Shown: in pieces, positions 9,501 through 22,624 of the stretch
How the letters are laid out: each line of letters opens with the position of its first letter
How positions within the stretch are numbered: the first letter of the stretch is position 1
Assembly: GCA_965220965.1 (NCBI GenBank)
Contig: OZ244852.1
Location: 1,408,001-1,472,000, forward strand
Direction of reading: 5' to 3'
Source: Candidatus Marinacidobacterium sp.
GTDB taxonomy: Bacteria; Acidobacteriota; Vicinamibacteria; Marinacidobacterales; Marinacidobacteraceae
DNA length: 64,000 nt
Notes under the pieces: generated by a model
Database searches by the model: none
Told to the model about the DNA's origin: nothing
The model's input: the letters and a program-made list of their open reading frames with translations, nothing else
Translations under genes and position numbers: made by a program

Positions 9501-10742
9501 CTACGCGGCGGCGAGCGGTGATCGCCGCGCCCACTCGCGCGCGGCTTCCAGCACCCGGTCCACGTCGGACCCGTCGTTGAAGAGGTGAAAGGAGAAGCGC
9601 AGGACTCCGCGGCGAACCGAGTGCGCGACCCCGTGGCGCCCGAGGTGTTCGTTCAGCGAGGCCATCGCCGGGTCGTCCACCGAGTCGTGGCCGCCGGCGC
9701 CGGCGGTTCCCACCGAGACGAGATGCGCCAGATGAGGCCCCGGCTCGCCCCCGACGACCGGTAGCCCGAGCTCGAGCAGTCCCTCGACGAGCCGCGCCGC
9801 GAGCGCGCGGTTGTGGCGGTCCAGCGCGGCCGCCCCGAATCGTCCGATCACCTCGAGCCCGGCCTCCGCCGCCGTCGCGCCCAGGTAGTTGTAGTTCCCC
9901 AGCTCGAACCGCCGGGCCCCCGACGCGTAGGCGAGCCCTCCGTCCGGCATGTCGGTCACCGGGATGTTGTCCTCGCCTCCCAGACCGCTGACTCCGAAGC
10001 GCCCGAGCGCGGCTGGTGTCAGCGACTCGGCGAGCTCCCGGCGCACGAAGAGGAAGCCGGTCCCGTAGGAGGCCAGCAGCCCCTTCTGCGTCCCCACCGA
10101 GAGCACGTCGCAGCCGATGGCGCGCACGTCGGTGACGAGCGTTCCGGCCATCTGGGCCGCGTCCACCACGAACAGCGCGTCGGACCTTCGGCAGGCCTCG
10201 CGCAGCGGCGCCAGATCCGCCTCGAATCCCGGCGAGAACGAGATCGTCGCCGCGGTGACGATCCGGGTGCGGGGCCCGACCGCTTCCGCCATCCGCCCGG
10301 TGGGCAGCCGCCCGTCGGTGGCCGGGACTTCCACGAGCCGCACTCCCTCGCGCGCGGCGAGGTTCCGCCACGGGAGCACGTTCGCCGGGTGCTCGAGGTC
10401 CGGGCAGAGGACGACCTCGTCCCCTTCCCTCCAGTCCAGCGAGGTGAGGAACAGGGTGAACCCCTCGGTCACGTTCTTGACCCAGGCGATCTCGTCGGGC
10501 TCGGCCCCGACGAGCCGGGCGAACCGCCGACGGCCCCTCTCCAGCGTGTCGAACAGCGCCTCCTTGTCGGGATGGCCCTGCTCCCAGCGCCCGAAAAAGC
10601 TCTCCATCGCCTCGCGGACCGGGGTTCCGAGGAGGCTCCGCACCGCGACGTTCAGATAGGGCCGGACGGCGGCGCCGGGGAACAGGTCGCGCGCGCGCCC
10701 GACCGGGGCCGCCGAAGCCGAAGCCACCGCCGTTTCAGGCAT
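9501..10742 (-). CDS. Aminotransferase class V PLP-dependent enzyme
   Basis: EHPANVLPW, VDAAQ and GTQKGLL (PLP Lys), RFELGN, LRFSFHLFN; no persulfide Cys loop seen. Confidence 0.85.
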   Translation of the reverse strand: MPETAVASASAAPVGRARDLFPGAAVRPYLNVAVRSLLGTPVREAMESFFGRWEQGHPDKEALFDTLERGRRRFARLVGAEPDEIAWVKNVTEGFTLFLTSLDWREGDEVVLCPDLEHPANVLPWRNLAAREGVRLVEVPATDGRLPTGRMAEAVGPRTRIVTAATISFSPGFEADLAPLREACRRSDALFVVDAAQMAGTLVTDVRAIGCDVLSVGTQKGLLASYGTGFLFVRRELAESLTPAALGRFGVSGLGGEDNIPVTDMPDGGLAYASGARRFELGNYNYLGATAAEAGLEVIGRFGAAALDRHNRALAARLVEGLLELGLPVVGGEPGPHLAHLVSVGTAGAGGHDSVDDPAMASLNEHLGRHGVAHSVRRGVLRFSFHLFNDGSDVDRVLEAAREWARRSPLAAA

Positions 10743-11964
10743 CGGTCGCCTCCGGCGTACGGCTTTCCCGCTTGCGGCGGGAAACGACGAGGGTTCCCAC
10801 CAGGTCCCCCAGGATGTTCAGGGTTGTCGTCGGCATGTCCACCAACCGATAGACACCGGCCACCAGCACCGCGAGTTCGAGCGGGAGGCCGAAGACAGTA
10901 AGGAGCAGCAACTGGTTCACCACGCCGCCGTTCGGAACCCCCGGCGCGGCCGCCGAGAGGAGGGCCCCGAACGCGACGACGGCGACCAGATCGGCGAATC
11001 CTAAGGGAGTTCCGGCCGCCTGCGCCGTGAAAATCACGACCCCGGCGAGGAGCACCGCGCTGCCGTCCTTGTGGAGCTGCGCGCCGAGCGGCAGCGTGAG
11101 CGCATAGACCGGCCGGGGGATCCCCATCCGCTCGGCGGTGTTCAGCGAGGCGCTCAGGCTGGCGAGGCTGCTGCAGGTCGAGATCGTGGTGGTCCACACC
11201 GTGGCGGTCTCCCGGACGAAGCGGACCGGAGGGGTGGACGAGAGGAACTTCAGGACGACGAGGTAGAGCCCGACGATCCCGATATCGGTCACCCAGACGC
11301 TGGCGATGTAGAGCCCGAGCGGACCGAAGACCGCCTGCCCGTGCTCCCCGACCGCGGCCGCCGCCAGCGCGGCGACCCCGATCGGCCCGAACCAGAGCAC
11401 GCCGCGCACGAGCTGGCGCAGCCACGCCGTCGCGGTGCGGAACGCCCGGACGACCGCCTCGCGGTCCCCGGACTCGAGCCGCCTCGCCGCAAACCCCAGC
11501 ATGATCCCGAGGATCACGATCCCGGTGACCCGGCCGTCCACGAAGACGCCGAACACGCTGTCCGGGATGAGGGCGTTCAGGAACTCCGCCCCCGAGGGCA
11601 GCGCGGCCGGCTCGCCTCCGGCGGCCTCGAGAGCCCCCGCCATGCCGTCGCCGGGCCGGAAGACCGCCAGCGCGAGGATCGCGAGCACCTGCGCCGCCAC
11701 CGCGGTGAGCGCGAAGAACACCGAGATCCTGATCAGCAGCCTGCCGGTTCCCCCCGCCGGGGAGGACCCGGCGAGCGCCACCACCAGGTTCGTGAACATG
11801 AGCGGCACGGCGGCCAGCACGAGGAGCCGGATGAACACGTCGCCGAGGAACGCCCCCGCGGTCGCCCGCTCTCCGATCAGTCCCCCGACGACCGCCCCCG
11901 CGGCCATCCCGAGGAGCATGAGCGTTCCGAGCGACGGGAGTCTCCCCCGGAGCCCGGACGCCAT
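10735..11964 (-). CDS. Dicarboxylate/amino acid:cation symporter (DAACS family)
   Basis: STCSSLAS serine motif, LPLGAQLHKDG, APGVPNGG and TTLNILGD. Confidence 0.88.
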   Translation of the reverse strand: MASGLRGRLPSLGTLMLLGMAAGAVVGGLIGERATAGAFLGDVFIRLLVLAAVPLMFTNLVVALAGSSPAGGTGRLLIRISVFFALTAVAAQVLAILALAVFRPGDGMAGALEAAGGEPAALPSGAEFLNALIPDSVFGVFVDGRVTGIVILGIMLGFAARRLESGDREAVVRAFRTATAWLRQLVRGVLWFGPIGVAALAAAAVGEHGQAVFGPLGLYIASVWVTDIGIVGLYLVVLKFLSSTPPVRFVRETATVWTTTISTCSSLASLSASLNTAERMGIPRPVYALTLPLGAQLHKDGSAVLLAGVVIFTAQAAGTPLGFADLVAVVAFGALLSAAAPGVPNGGVVNQLLLLTVFGLPLELAVLVAGVYRLVDMPTTTLNILGDLVGTLVVSRRKRESRTPEATDA

Positions 11965-12051
11965 CCCGCGAAGGTATCAGCGATGCCGGACGGCGCGCCG
12001 CCCCCGGTATCATCGGAAAACCGCCGCACATCGGCGCCCGAGGAGGTCCGC

Positions 12052-14469
12052 ATGCGCACCTGGCGCGCTCTCCGCTTTGTTCTCCCCGCCGTTCTGGCGG
12101 CCCCGCTCGCTGCGGCGCAGGACGAGACGCGCAGCGTCTCCGGCCTCAGCGGCCCGGTCGAGGTCCTCCAGGACCGCTGGGGCGTGGACCACATCTACGC
12201 CGACTCGGAGGAGGATCTCTTCTTCGCGCAGGGCTACCGGGCGGCGGAGAACCGGCTCTTCCAGTTCGAGATGTGGCGCCGCCAGGCGACCGGGACGGTC
12301 GCCGAGATCCTGGGGCCGGAAGAGCTCGATCGCGACATCGGAACCCGCCTCCACATGTTCCGCAAGGACATGGGCGAGGAGATGCGCCACTACCACCCCC
12401 GGGGCGACTCGATCATCCCGGCCTTCGTGCGCGGGATCAACGCCCGGATCGCCGAGGCCCGGATGGATCCGGACTCCCTGCCGCTCGAGTTCCGCCTCCT
12501 CGGCATCCTCCCCGAGCCCTGGACCGAGGAGGTCGTGATCTCACGCCACCAGGGCCTGCTCTCGAACGTCAACCAGGAGCTGAACCTCGGGATGGCGGTC
12601 GCCGCGGTCGGCGCCGACGTCCTCCGCGACACCGACTGGTACCGCCCCGGGGTCCCGACGCTCGACCTCGACCCGGCGATCGACGGCTCGCTGCTGAAGC
12701 CGGAGATCCTCGACATCTACCGCGCCTTCCGGGGCCCGGTCATCTTCCGGCCCGACAACATCGTCGCCGAACACCGGAACCGGGACGCCGAGCGGCTGGC
12801 GCTGCTCGAGGAGTTCCCGTCCGAGCTGCGGCTGGTGGACCAGGGCGAGCACATCGGCTCGAACAACTGGGTCATCGGCGGGGAGCGGACCTGGACCGGT
12901 CTCCCGCTCATCGTGAACGACCCGCACCGGACGATCGTCGCGCCCTCGCTGCGCTACTTCGCGCACCTCGAGGGCCCGGGCTGGACGGTGATCGGCGGAG
13001 GCGAGCCGGTGCTGCCCGGGATCTCGATCGGGCACAACGGCAGGGGCGGCTGGGGCCTCACCGTGTTCGGGCAGGACAACGAGGACCTCATGGTCTACGA
13101 CACGAACCCCGAAGACACCGACCAGTACCGCTATCTCGGCGGCTGGGAGTCGATGACCGTCCGCACCGAGACGATCGCCGTCAAGGGCCAGCCCGACCAC
13201 ACCGCCACCCTCAAGTACACCCGCCACGGCCCGGTGGTCTACGAGGACACGGCGAACCACAAGGCCTACGCGCTCCGCGCCGCCTGGCTCGAGATCGGCA
13301 ACTCGCCCTATCTCGCCAGCCTGCGGATGAACCAGGCGCAGACCTGGGAGGAGTTCGTGGAGGCCTGCAACTACAGCGGCATCCCCGCCGAGAACATGAT
13401 CTGGGGGGATGTGGACGGGAACATCGGCTACCAGGCGGTCGGCGTCTCCCCGATCCGGAACGCCAACTGGAGCGGGCTCGTCCCGGTCCCCGGCGACGGC
13501 CGCTACGAGTGGAGCGGCTACCTCCCGATCAAGGCGCTCCCCTCGGTCAAGAACCCCGAGAAGGGCTTCTGGGGCACCGCAAACAACCTGATGGCCCCGG
13601 CGGTCGCGTCCGACTACCCGCACCCCGAGGCGCTCCACTTCACCTGGGGCGACGAGATGCGGGGCCTGCGGGTGGACGAGATGATGCGGACCGGCGCCCG
13701 CTTCACCGTGCAGGACATGATGGCGCAGCAGCACGACGAGCTGAGCGTCGTCGCCCGGAACCTCGTGCCGATGCTGCTGCTGGCCGAGCCGCCGGACAGC
13801 GCCGCCCTCGCGCTCCTCGAGGACTGGGACTTCGTGATGGACCGCGAGTCCACCGCGGCCTCCGTCTACTGGCACTTCGAGCGCCGGGTCTCCGCCGCGA
13901 TGCGCGAGCTCCTGATCCCGGAGGCCGCCCGCGGGCTGATCCGGGGGGTCAACAAGAAGCGGATGTTCGACCACCTGCTCGCTCCCGACGGCCGCTTCGG
14001 CGAGGACCCGATCGCCGGCCGCGACGAGCTGCTGCTCGCCGCGTTCGAGGGGGGCGTCGCCGACCTGACCGAGCGCCTGGGCGCCGACCCGGCGAACTGG
14101 CGCTACGGCCAGGAGGCCATGAAGCACGTCCACATCACCCACACGATGGCGCAGGCGGTGGATGACGAGACCCGCGCCCTGCTCGAGGTGGGCCCCTGGC
14201 CGAGGGGCGGCTACGAGTCCACGGTGAACAACACCGGCGGCGGCCTGAACCAGACCTCGGGCGGGAGTTTCCGGGTGATCCTCGACCCCTCGAACTGGGA
14301 CAACTCTGTGGCGACCAGCGCCCCCGGCCAGTCCGGGGACCCGATGAACCCGCACTACCGGGACCTCTTCGAGCTCTGGGTCCGCCACCAGTACTTCCCG
14401 CTGGCCTACACCCGCCCGCGGGTCGAGTCGGTCACCGAACACCACCTGCTGCTCGAACCCGCGTCCTGA
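12052..14469 (+). CDS. Penicillin acylase family Ntn-hydrolase (peptidase S45)
   Basis: AGGAGG SD before ATG 12052 (the real start inside the longer listed ORF); signal peptide, DRWGVDHIYA, GSNNW nucleophile site, NDPH, PGQSGDP. Confidence 0.92.
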   Translation: MRTWRALRFVLPAVLAAPLAAAQDETRSVSGLSGPVEVLQDRWGVDHIYADSEEDLFFAQGYRAAENRLFQFEMWRRQATGTVAEILGPEELDRDIGTRLHMFRKDMGEEMRHYHPRGDSIIPAFVRGINARIAEARMDPDSLPLEFRLLGILPEPWTEEVVISRHQGLLSNVNQELNLGMAVAAVGADVLRDTDWYRPGVPTLDLDPAIDGSLLKPEILDIYRAFRGPVIFRPDNIVAEHRNRDAERLALLEEFPSELRLVDQGEHIGSNNWVIGGERTWTGLPLIVNDPHRTIVAPSLRYFAHLEGPGWTVIGGGEPVLPGISIGHNGRGGWGLTVFGQDNEDLMVYDTNPEDTDQYRYLGGWESMTVRTETIAVKGQPDHTATLKYTRHGPVVYEDTANHKAYALRAAWLEIGNSPYLASLRMNQAQTWEEFVEACNYSGIPAENMIWGDVDGNIGYQAVGVSPIRNANWSGLVPVPGDGRYEWSGYLPIKALPSVKNPEKGFWGTANNLMAPAVASDYPHPEALHFTWGDEMRGLRVDEMMRTGARFTVQDMMAQQHDELSVVARNLVPMLLLAEPPDSAALALLEDWDFVMDRESTAASVYWHFERRVSAAMRELLIPEAARGLIRGVNKKRMFDHLLAPDGRFGEDPIAGRDELLLAAFEGGVADLTERLGADPANWRYGQEAMKHVHITHTMAQAVDDETRALLEVGPWPRGGYESTVNNTGGGLNQTSGGSFRVILDPSNWDNSVATSAPGQSGDPMNPHYRDLFELWVRHQYFPLAYTRPRVESVTEHHLLLEPAS

Positions 14470-14488
14470 GGTCCGCCTCCGGAGCGCG

Positions 14489-15448
14489 ATGAGCCCTCCC
14501 GCACGGACCCGGCTGCGCTCGGTCGCGCGCTGGGTCCCGCCGGCGTTCCTGCTCGTCACCCTGCCGGCGGCGTGGATCCTGCATCTCTCCGGCGGCATGG
14601 GGGCGGTCATCGGCTGGGTCGCGCTCATCGGGATCGGCCAGCTTCTGGCTCCCCTGACGCTGCTCGTCCTCCTGATCCACCTGATCCGGAAACGACGCTT
14701 CAGCGCCCCGATGCTGCTCACCGCCGCGCTCACCGTCGTCGCGTTCTTCCCGGCGCTGTGGGGCTTCGGGCTGCTGGCGCGGCCGTTCCCCTACGACCTC
14801 GAGACCCAGCGTCCCGCCGCCACCGTGCGCCTGCCTTCGGATGAACGGCTGCGGGTGGCGTGGGGCGGGGACAGCCTGGAGACGAACTACCACGCCTTCA
14901 CCCCGGACCAGCGCTGGGCCTACGACCTGCTCGTCGAGCCGGCGGCCCACGGCTCGACCCGTCTCGAGGACTACGGCTGCTACGGAACGCCGGTGGTCGC
15001 GCCGGTCAGCGCGCGGGTCCACCACGCGACCGACGGGGCGCCCGACGAGGTCCCGGGCGTTCCTTCGGCCAATGTCGCAAACGCCACCGGCAACTCGGTC
15101 GTCCTCGAGCTCGACGCCGGGACCTACCTGGTGATCGCCCACCTGAAGCCCGGCAGCGTCCTGGTGGCGCCCGGCGACGAGGTGCGCGAGGGCCAGCCGA
15201 TCGGCGCCTGCGGCAACTCCGGGAACACCAGCGAACCGCACATCCACATCCACCACCAGCGGCAGGATCCCCTGGTCTTCCTGCTGAACTTCGCGGAGGG
15301 GCTGCCGCTCTTCTTCCGGGACCACGACGGCGCCCCGATGCCCACCGGCGGCATCGAGGTCTCGGGCGAGGAGATCACGCTCGTCGGCGATATCGTGGAG
15401 CACACCGGGTCCGGCCCAGAGCCGCCCGCGAAACGGAGTCCCTCATGA
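14489..15448 (+). CDS. M23 family metallopeptidase with N-terminal TM segments
   Basis: YGTPVVAP, GNSVVL, AHLKPGS and CGNSGNTSEPHIH. Confidence 0.88.
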   Translation: MSPPARTRLRSVARWVPPAFLLVTLPAAWILHLSGGMGAVIGWVALIGIGQLLAPLTLLVLLIHLIRKRRFSAPMLLTAALTVVAFFPALWGFGLLARPFPYDLETQRPAATVRLPSDERLRVAWGGDSLETNYHAFTPDQRWAYDLLVEPAAHGSTRLEDYGCYGTPVVAPVSARVHHATDGAPDEVPGVPSANVANATGNSVVLELDAGTYLVIAHLKPGSVLVAPGDEVREGQPIGACGNSGNTSEPHIHIHHQRQDPLVFLLNFAEGLPLFFRDHDGAPMPTGGIEVSGEEITLVGDIVEHTGSGPEPPAKRSPS

Positions 15449-16353
15449 AGCACCAGCCCAGAGCCCGACGCCTGCCGCTCCTGCTTGTCCTGACCGCGGT
15501 CGTCGGCGCGCCGACGGTCGCGTGGCCGCAGGAGGTCCGGCTCGCCTGGAAGTACGAGCCCGGAACCGACCTGACCTACCGCATGGTCGTGGAGACCGAG
15601 ACCGAGCTGGGGCCCCCCATGCCCTCGATCACGATGACCATGGACATCCTCATGGGCCTGCTCGTCGAGGACGTCACCGAGGAGGGCCATACGACGATCC
15701 GCCTGACCACCGAGCGCGTTCGGGCCGTGGTGGATGGGCCGATGGGGACGATGAGCGTCGACTCCGAGGACGAGGCGTCCACCGGCGGCCCTCTCGACTC
15801 CTTCGTGGCGATGGCCGGCCTCGGGTACACCGTCGTCACCGACGCGCAGGGCGACCTGATCGAGATCTCGGGCCTCGAGGAGATGCAGGAGGCGTTGCGC
15901 GCCCAGTCGACGGGAGCGCCGGGAATGATGGGTCCCGATCAGATCCTCGACGAAGCGGCGCTCCGCGGCCAATGGGAGCAGGGGTTCGGGAAGCTGCCGG
16001 AGGAGGCCGTCGGCGTGGGGTCCACCTGGGAGAGCAGTTTCAGTTTGCCCCTGCCCGGAGGCGACCCGGTCACGATCGGGACCACCCACGAAGTGGTCTC
16101 TGTCGAGGGAGGCATCGTCGAGTTCACCGAGTCGGGCGGCATGGCCGCATCCGAAGGACCCGCGGCGCCCGCCTCCCTTCCGGTGAGGATCGAGACGCTG
16201 GAGAGCACCGGCTCCACCCGCTTCGACGCGAGCCGGGGACTACTGCTCGGGACCGAGGGGACCGTGACCGTTGCGATGGTGGGCGAGATGGCGGGGCGCG
16301 AGACCAACATGGGGATGGTGATGCGCACGACGCTCGAGCTCATCGAGGAGTAG
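15445..16353 (+). CDS. Secreted hypothetical protein (DUF6263-like)
   Basis: ATGA overlap with the upstream stop; signal peptide; LAWKYEPG, LPEEAVGVGSTW and RFDASRG. Confidence 0.6.
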   Translation: MKHQPRARRLPLLLVLTAVVGAPTVAWPQEVRLAWKYEPGTDLTYRMVVETETELGPPMPSITMTMDILMGLLVEDVTEEGHTTIRLTTERVRAVVDGPMGTMSVDSEDEASTGGPLDSFVAMAGLGYTVVTDAQGDLIEISGLEEMQEALRAQSTGAPGMMGPDQILDEAALRGQWEQGFGKLPEEAVGVGSTWESSFSLPLPGGDPVTIGTTHEVVSVEGGIVEFTESGGMAASEGPAAPASLPVRIETLESTGSTRFDASRGLLLGTEGTVTVAMVGEMAGRETNMGMVMRTTLELIEE

Positions 16354-16415
16354 CCGGCGCGGCCGGGATGACTTGCTCGCGGCCGGGCGCGACTCTGGTG
16401 GAATACTCCGCCCGG

Positions 16416-17543
16416 ATGAGCACTCCCCGAACCCTCCCCGCTGTCTTCGCGGCGGCGATCCTGTTCCAGGCGGGCGCCGCCGCCGCGCAGCCCTTCCGGC
16501 TGGGCTCGTTCGAACACCGGGGCGAGGCCTTCCTCGGCATCGTCCTGCGGGACGCCTGGGCCATCGAGCTGGAACGCGCGAACGCCGCGCTCGAACGCCG
16601 GAACCGGCTCTGGGTGACGCTTCCCATGCCGGCGGACATGAACGAGCTCGCCGGCCGCTGGTCGCTCGGGATGCGCGACCGCGTCCACGGGATCGCGGAG
16701 CAGGCGGCGCCCCTCCTCGACCTCCCGGAGGCCGAGCGCCCGGTGTGGATCCACCCCCTCGAAGGGCTCAAGGTCTTCCCCCCGGTCCGCCCCGGCAAGA
16801 TCCTGGCGGCCGCGCTGAACTACCCGGCTCACGGCGTCGAGATGACGACCGGCGCTCCCGCCGCGATGTCGGACGCCTCGGCGCTCGACGACGAGCAGGT
16901 CTCGATGGATCACTTCTGGGAGCGGGACCCGGAGGACCCACGGCAGAACCCCTACCTGTTCATGAAGCCGGGGAGCATCGCCATCGGGCACGGCGACCCG
17001 ATCCTCATCAAGCCGGACCGCGAGATGGTGGACTGGGAGTGCGAGCTCGCGGTCGTGATCGGGACGCCGGCGAGCGACGCCTCCGGCGAGCACGCCGGCG
17101 CCCACATCTTCGGCTTCACGATGATGAACGACGTGGGCGACCGCGAGGGGCGAGGCGACGACCGCTACGGCTCCGACTGGCTCGTCTGGAAGAGCACCGA
17201 GACCTTCGCCCCGCTCGGCCCCTTCATCACGCCCGCCGAGTTCATCGCGGACCCCCATGACCTCGACATCCGCTTCACGCTCTCCGGCGAGATCATGCAG
17301 GACGCGAACACCAGCCTCATGGAGCACACGGTGTACGAGCTCATCCAGTTCGCCTCGCACAACCTCATCCTCGAGCCCGGCGACGTAATCGCCACCGGCA
17401 CCCCGGACGGGGTCGGCTACGCCCGCACCCCGCCGATCTTCATGCGGCCCGGCGACACCGCCGCCTGCTGGGCCGAGGGGGTCGGGATGCTCGAGAACCC
17501 GGTCCGCAACTGGTCCGACGAAACGACGCTGAGCCGCCCGTGA
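16416..17543 (+). CDS. Fumarylacetoacetate hydrolase family protein with signal peptide
   Basis: ALNYPAH, PYLFMK, DWECELAVVIG, NDVGDR, KSTETFAPLGP and GDVIATGTPDGVG. Confidence 0.88.
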   Translation: MSTPRTLPAVFAAAILFQAGAAAAQPFRLGSFEHRGEAFLGIVLRDAWAIELERANAALERRNRLWVTLPMPADMNELAGRWSLGMRDRVHGIAEQAAPLLDLPEAERPVWIHPLEGLKVFPPVRPGKILAAALNYPAHGVEMTTGAPAAMSDASALDDEQVSMDHFWERDPEDPRQNPYLFMKPGSIAIGHGDPILIKPDREMVDWECELAVVIGTPASDASGEHAGAHIFGFTMMNDVGDREGRGDDRYGSDWLVWKSTETFAPLGPFITPAEFIADPHDLDIRFTLSGEIMQDANTSLMEHTVYELIQFASHNLILEPGDVIATGTPDGVGYARTPPIFMRPGDTAACWAEGVGMLENPVRNWSDETTLSRP

Positions 17544-18682
17544 TCACCGACCCTTTCGCCGTATTCCTGACCCTCGCCGCGGTCGTTTTCACCGCCGTCT
17601 GGCTGGAGTCGCGCTACCGATTCTTCCGGACCGCGAGCGCCGGGCTGATGTGCCTCACGTTCGGGATGCTGCTGTCGAACTCGGGCATCCTGCCGGGCGA
17701 CGCCGAGGCCTACAGCCAGCTCGGCACGATCTGGGTGAACGCCGCGATCGTGCTGATCCTGCTCGCGGTGGACCTCAAGACAATCCGCCAGGCGGGGACG
17801 AAGATGCTGGGCGCCTTCGGGGTCGGGGCGATCGGCACGATGACCGGGGTGGCGACGGCGACGCTCCTGTGGTCGGGCGCGGTGGGGCCCGAGAGCTGGA
17901 AGCTCTCCGGGCAGTTCACCGGCACCTACATCGGCGGCGGCGCGAACTTCTACGCGCTCGGCAACGCGTTCTCGACCGACCCCTCGGTCATGTCCGGCGC
18001 GGTCGCCGCCGACGTGATCGTGACCGTCGCCTGGCTCGCCGCCTGCCTGACGCTCCCGGCGATCCTCTCCCGCAAGGCGAACCAGGCGCTCGAGACCGCC
18101 CCGGTCTCCCCCGACCAGCCGATGACGCTCGAGCAGCGGCTCAAGGAGAGCGGCGAGAGCCTGCGGGTGATCGACTTCTTCGGCCTCGCCGCGATCACTC
18201 TCGGGGTCATGGTGGTGGCGCAGACGCTGGGCGCGGCGATCCCCGCGGTCCCCGCCGTCCTCTGGCTGACCACGATCGCGCTGATCCTCGGCCACACCCC
18301 CTGGGTCCGCCGCCTGCGCGGCGCCCCGGTGCTCGGGAACGCGCTCATCATGCTGTTCCTCGCCGGGAACGGCGCCCAGTCGCTCGTCTCCGAGATGCTC
18401 GCCGCCGGCCCGGCGCTCTTCCTGTTCGCGCTCACGACGGTCGGGATCCACGGCCTCGTCATCTTTGGCGTCGGCCGGCTGCTGCGCTTCGACTTCGGGA
18501 CGCTCGCGGTGGCCTCGCAGGCGAACATCGGCGGCGCCGCCTCGGCGGTGGCGATCGCCTCGGCGCGCGGCTACGGGGACAAGCTCCTCCCCGGCATCGC
18601 GGTGGCGCTCGCCGGCTACGCCGTCGGGAACTACCTCGGGTTCGGGGTCGGCACGCTCGCCCGCGCGCTCCTCGGCGGCTGA
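17540..18682 (+). CDS. DUF819 family membrane protein
   Basis: Multi-TM; GTYIGGGANF, ASQANIGG and GYAVGNYLG. Confidence 0.85.
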   Translation: MITDPFAVFLTLAAVVFTAVWLESRYRFFRTASAGLMCLTFGMLLSNSGILPGDAEAYSQLGTIWVNAAIVLILLAVDLKTIRQAGTKMLGAFGVGAIGTMTGVATATLLWSGAVGPESWKLSGQFTGTYIGGGANFYALGNAFSTDPSVMSGAVAADVIVTVAWLAACLTLPAILSRKANQALETAPVSPDQPMTLEQRLKESGESLRVIDFFGLAAITLGVMVVAQTLGAAIPAVPAVLWLTTIALILGHTPWVRRLRGAPVLGNALIMLFLAGNGAQSLVSEMLAAGPALFLFALTTVGIHGLVIFGVGRLLRFDFGTLAVASQANIGGAASAVAIASARGYGDKLLPGIAVALAGYAVGNYLGFGVGTLARALLGG

Positions 18683-18715
18683 CGGGCGACGGACCGGGGC
18701 CGGCCCCGGACTCCG

Positions 18716-22537
<3,822 letters not shown>

Positions 22538-22624
22538 TCACCCGGACCGGCCTGCTCCCTGGCTGATAGGGTCGCCCGCGGAACGGGAGTCCTGCCTGGG
22601 ACCGCCCGATAGACGCGTTCCACG

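Noticed and set aside
9501-10742. Selenocysteine lyase serving the neighbouring selenoprotein
   Set aside because: No catalytic Cys loop is visible; proximity alone is insufficient.
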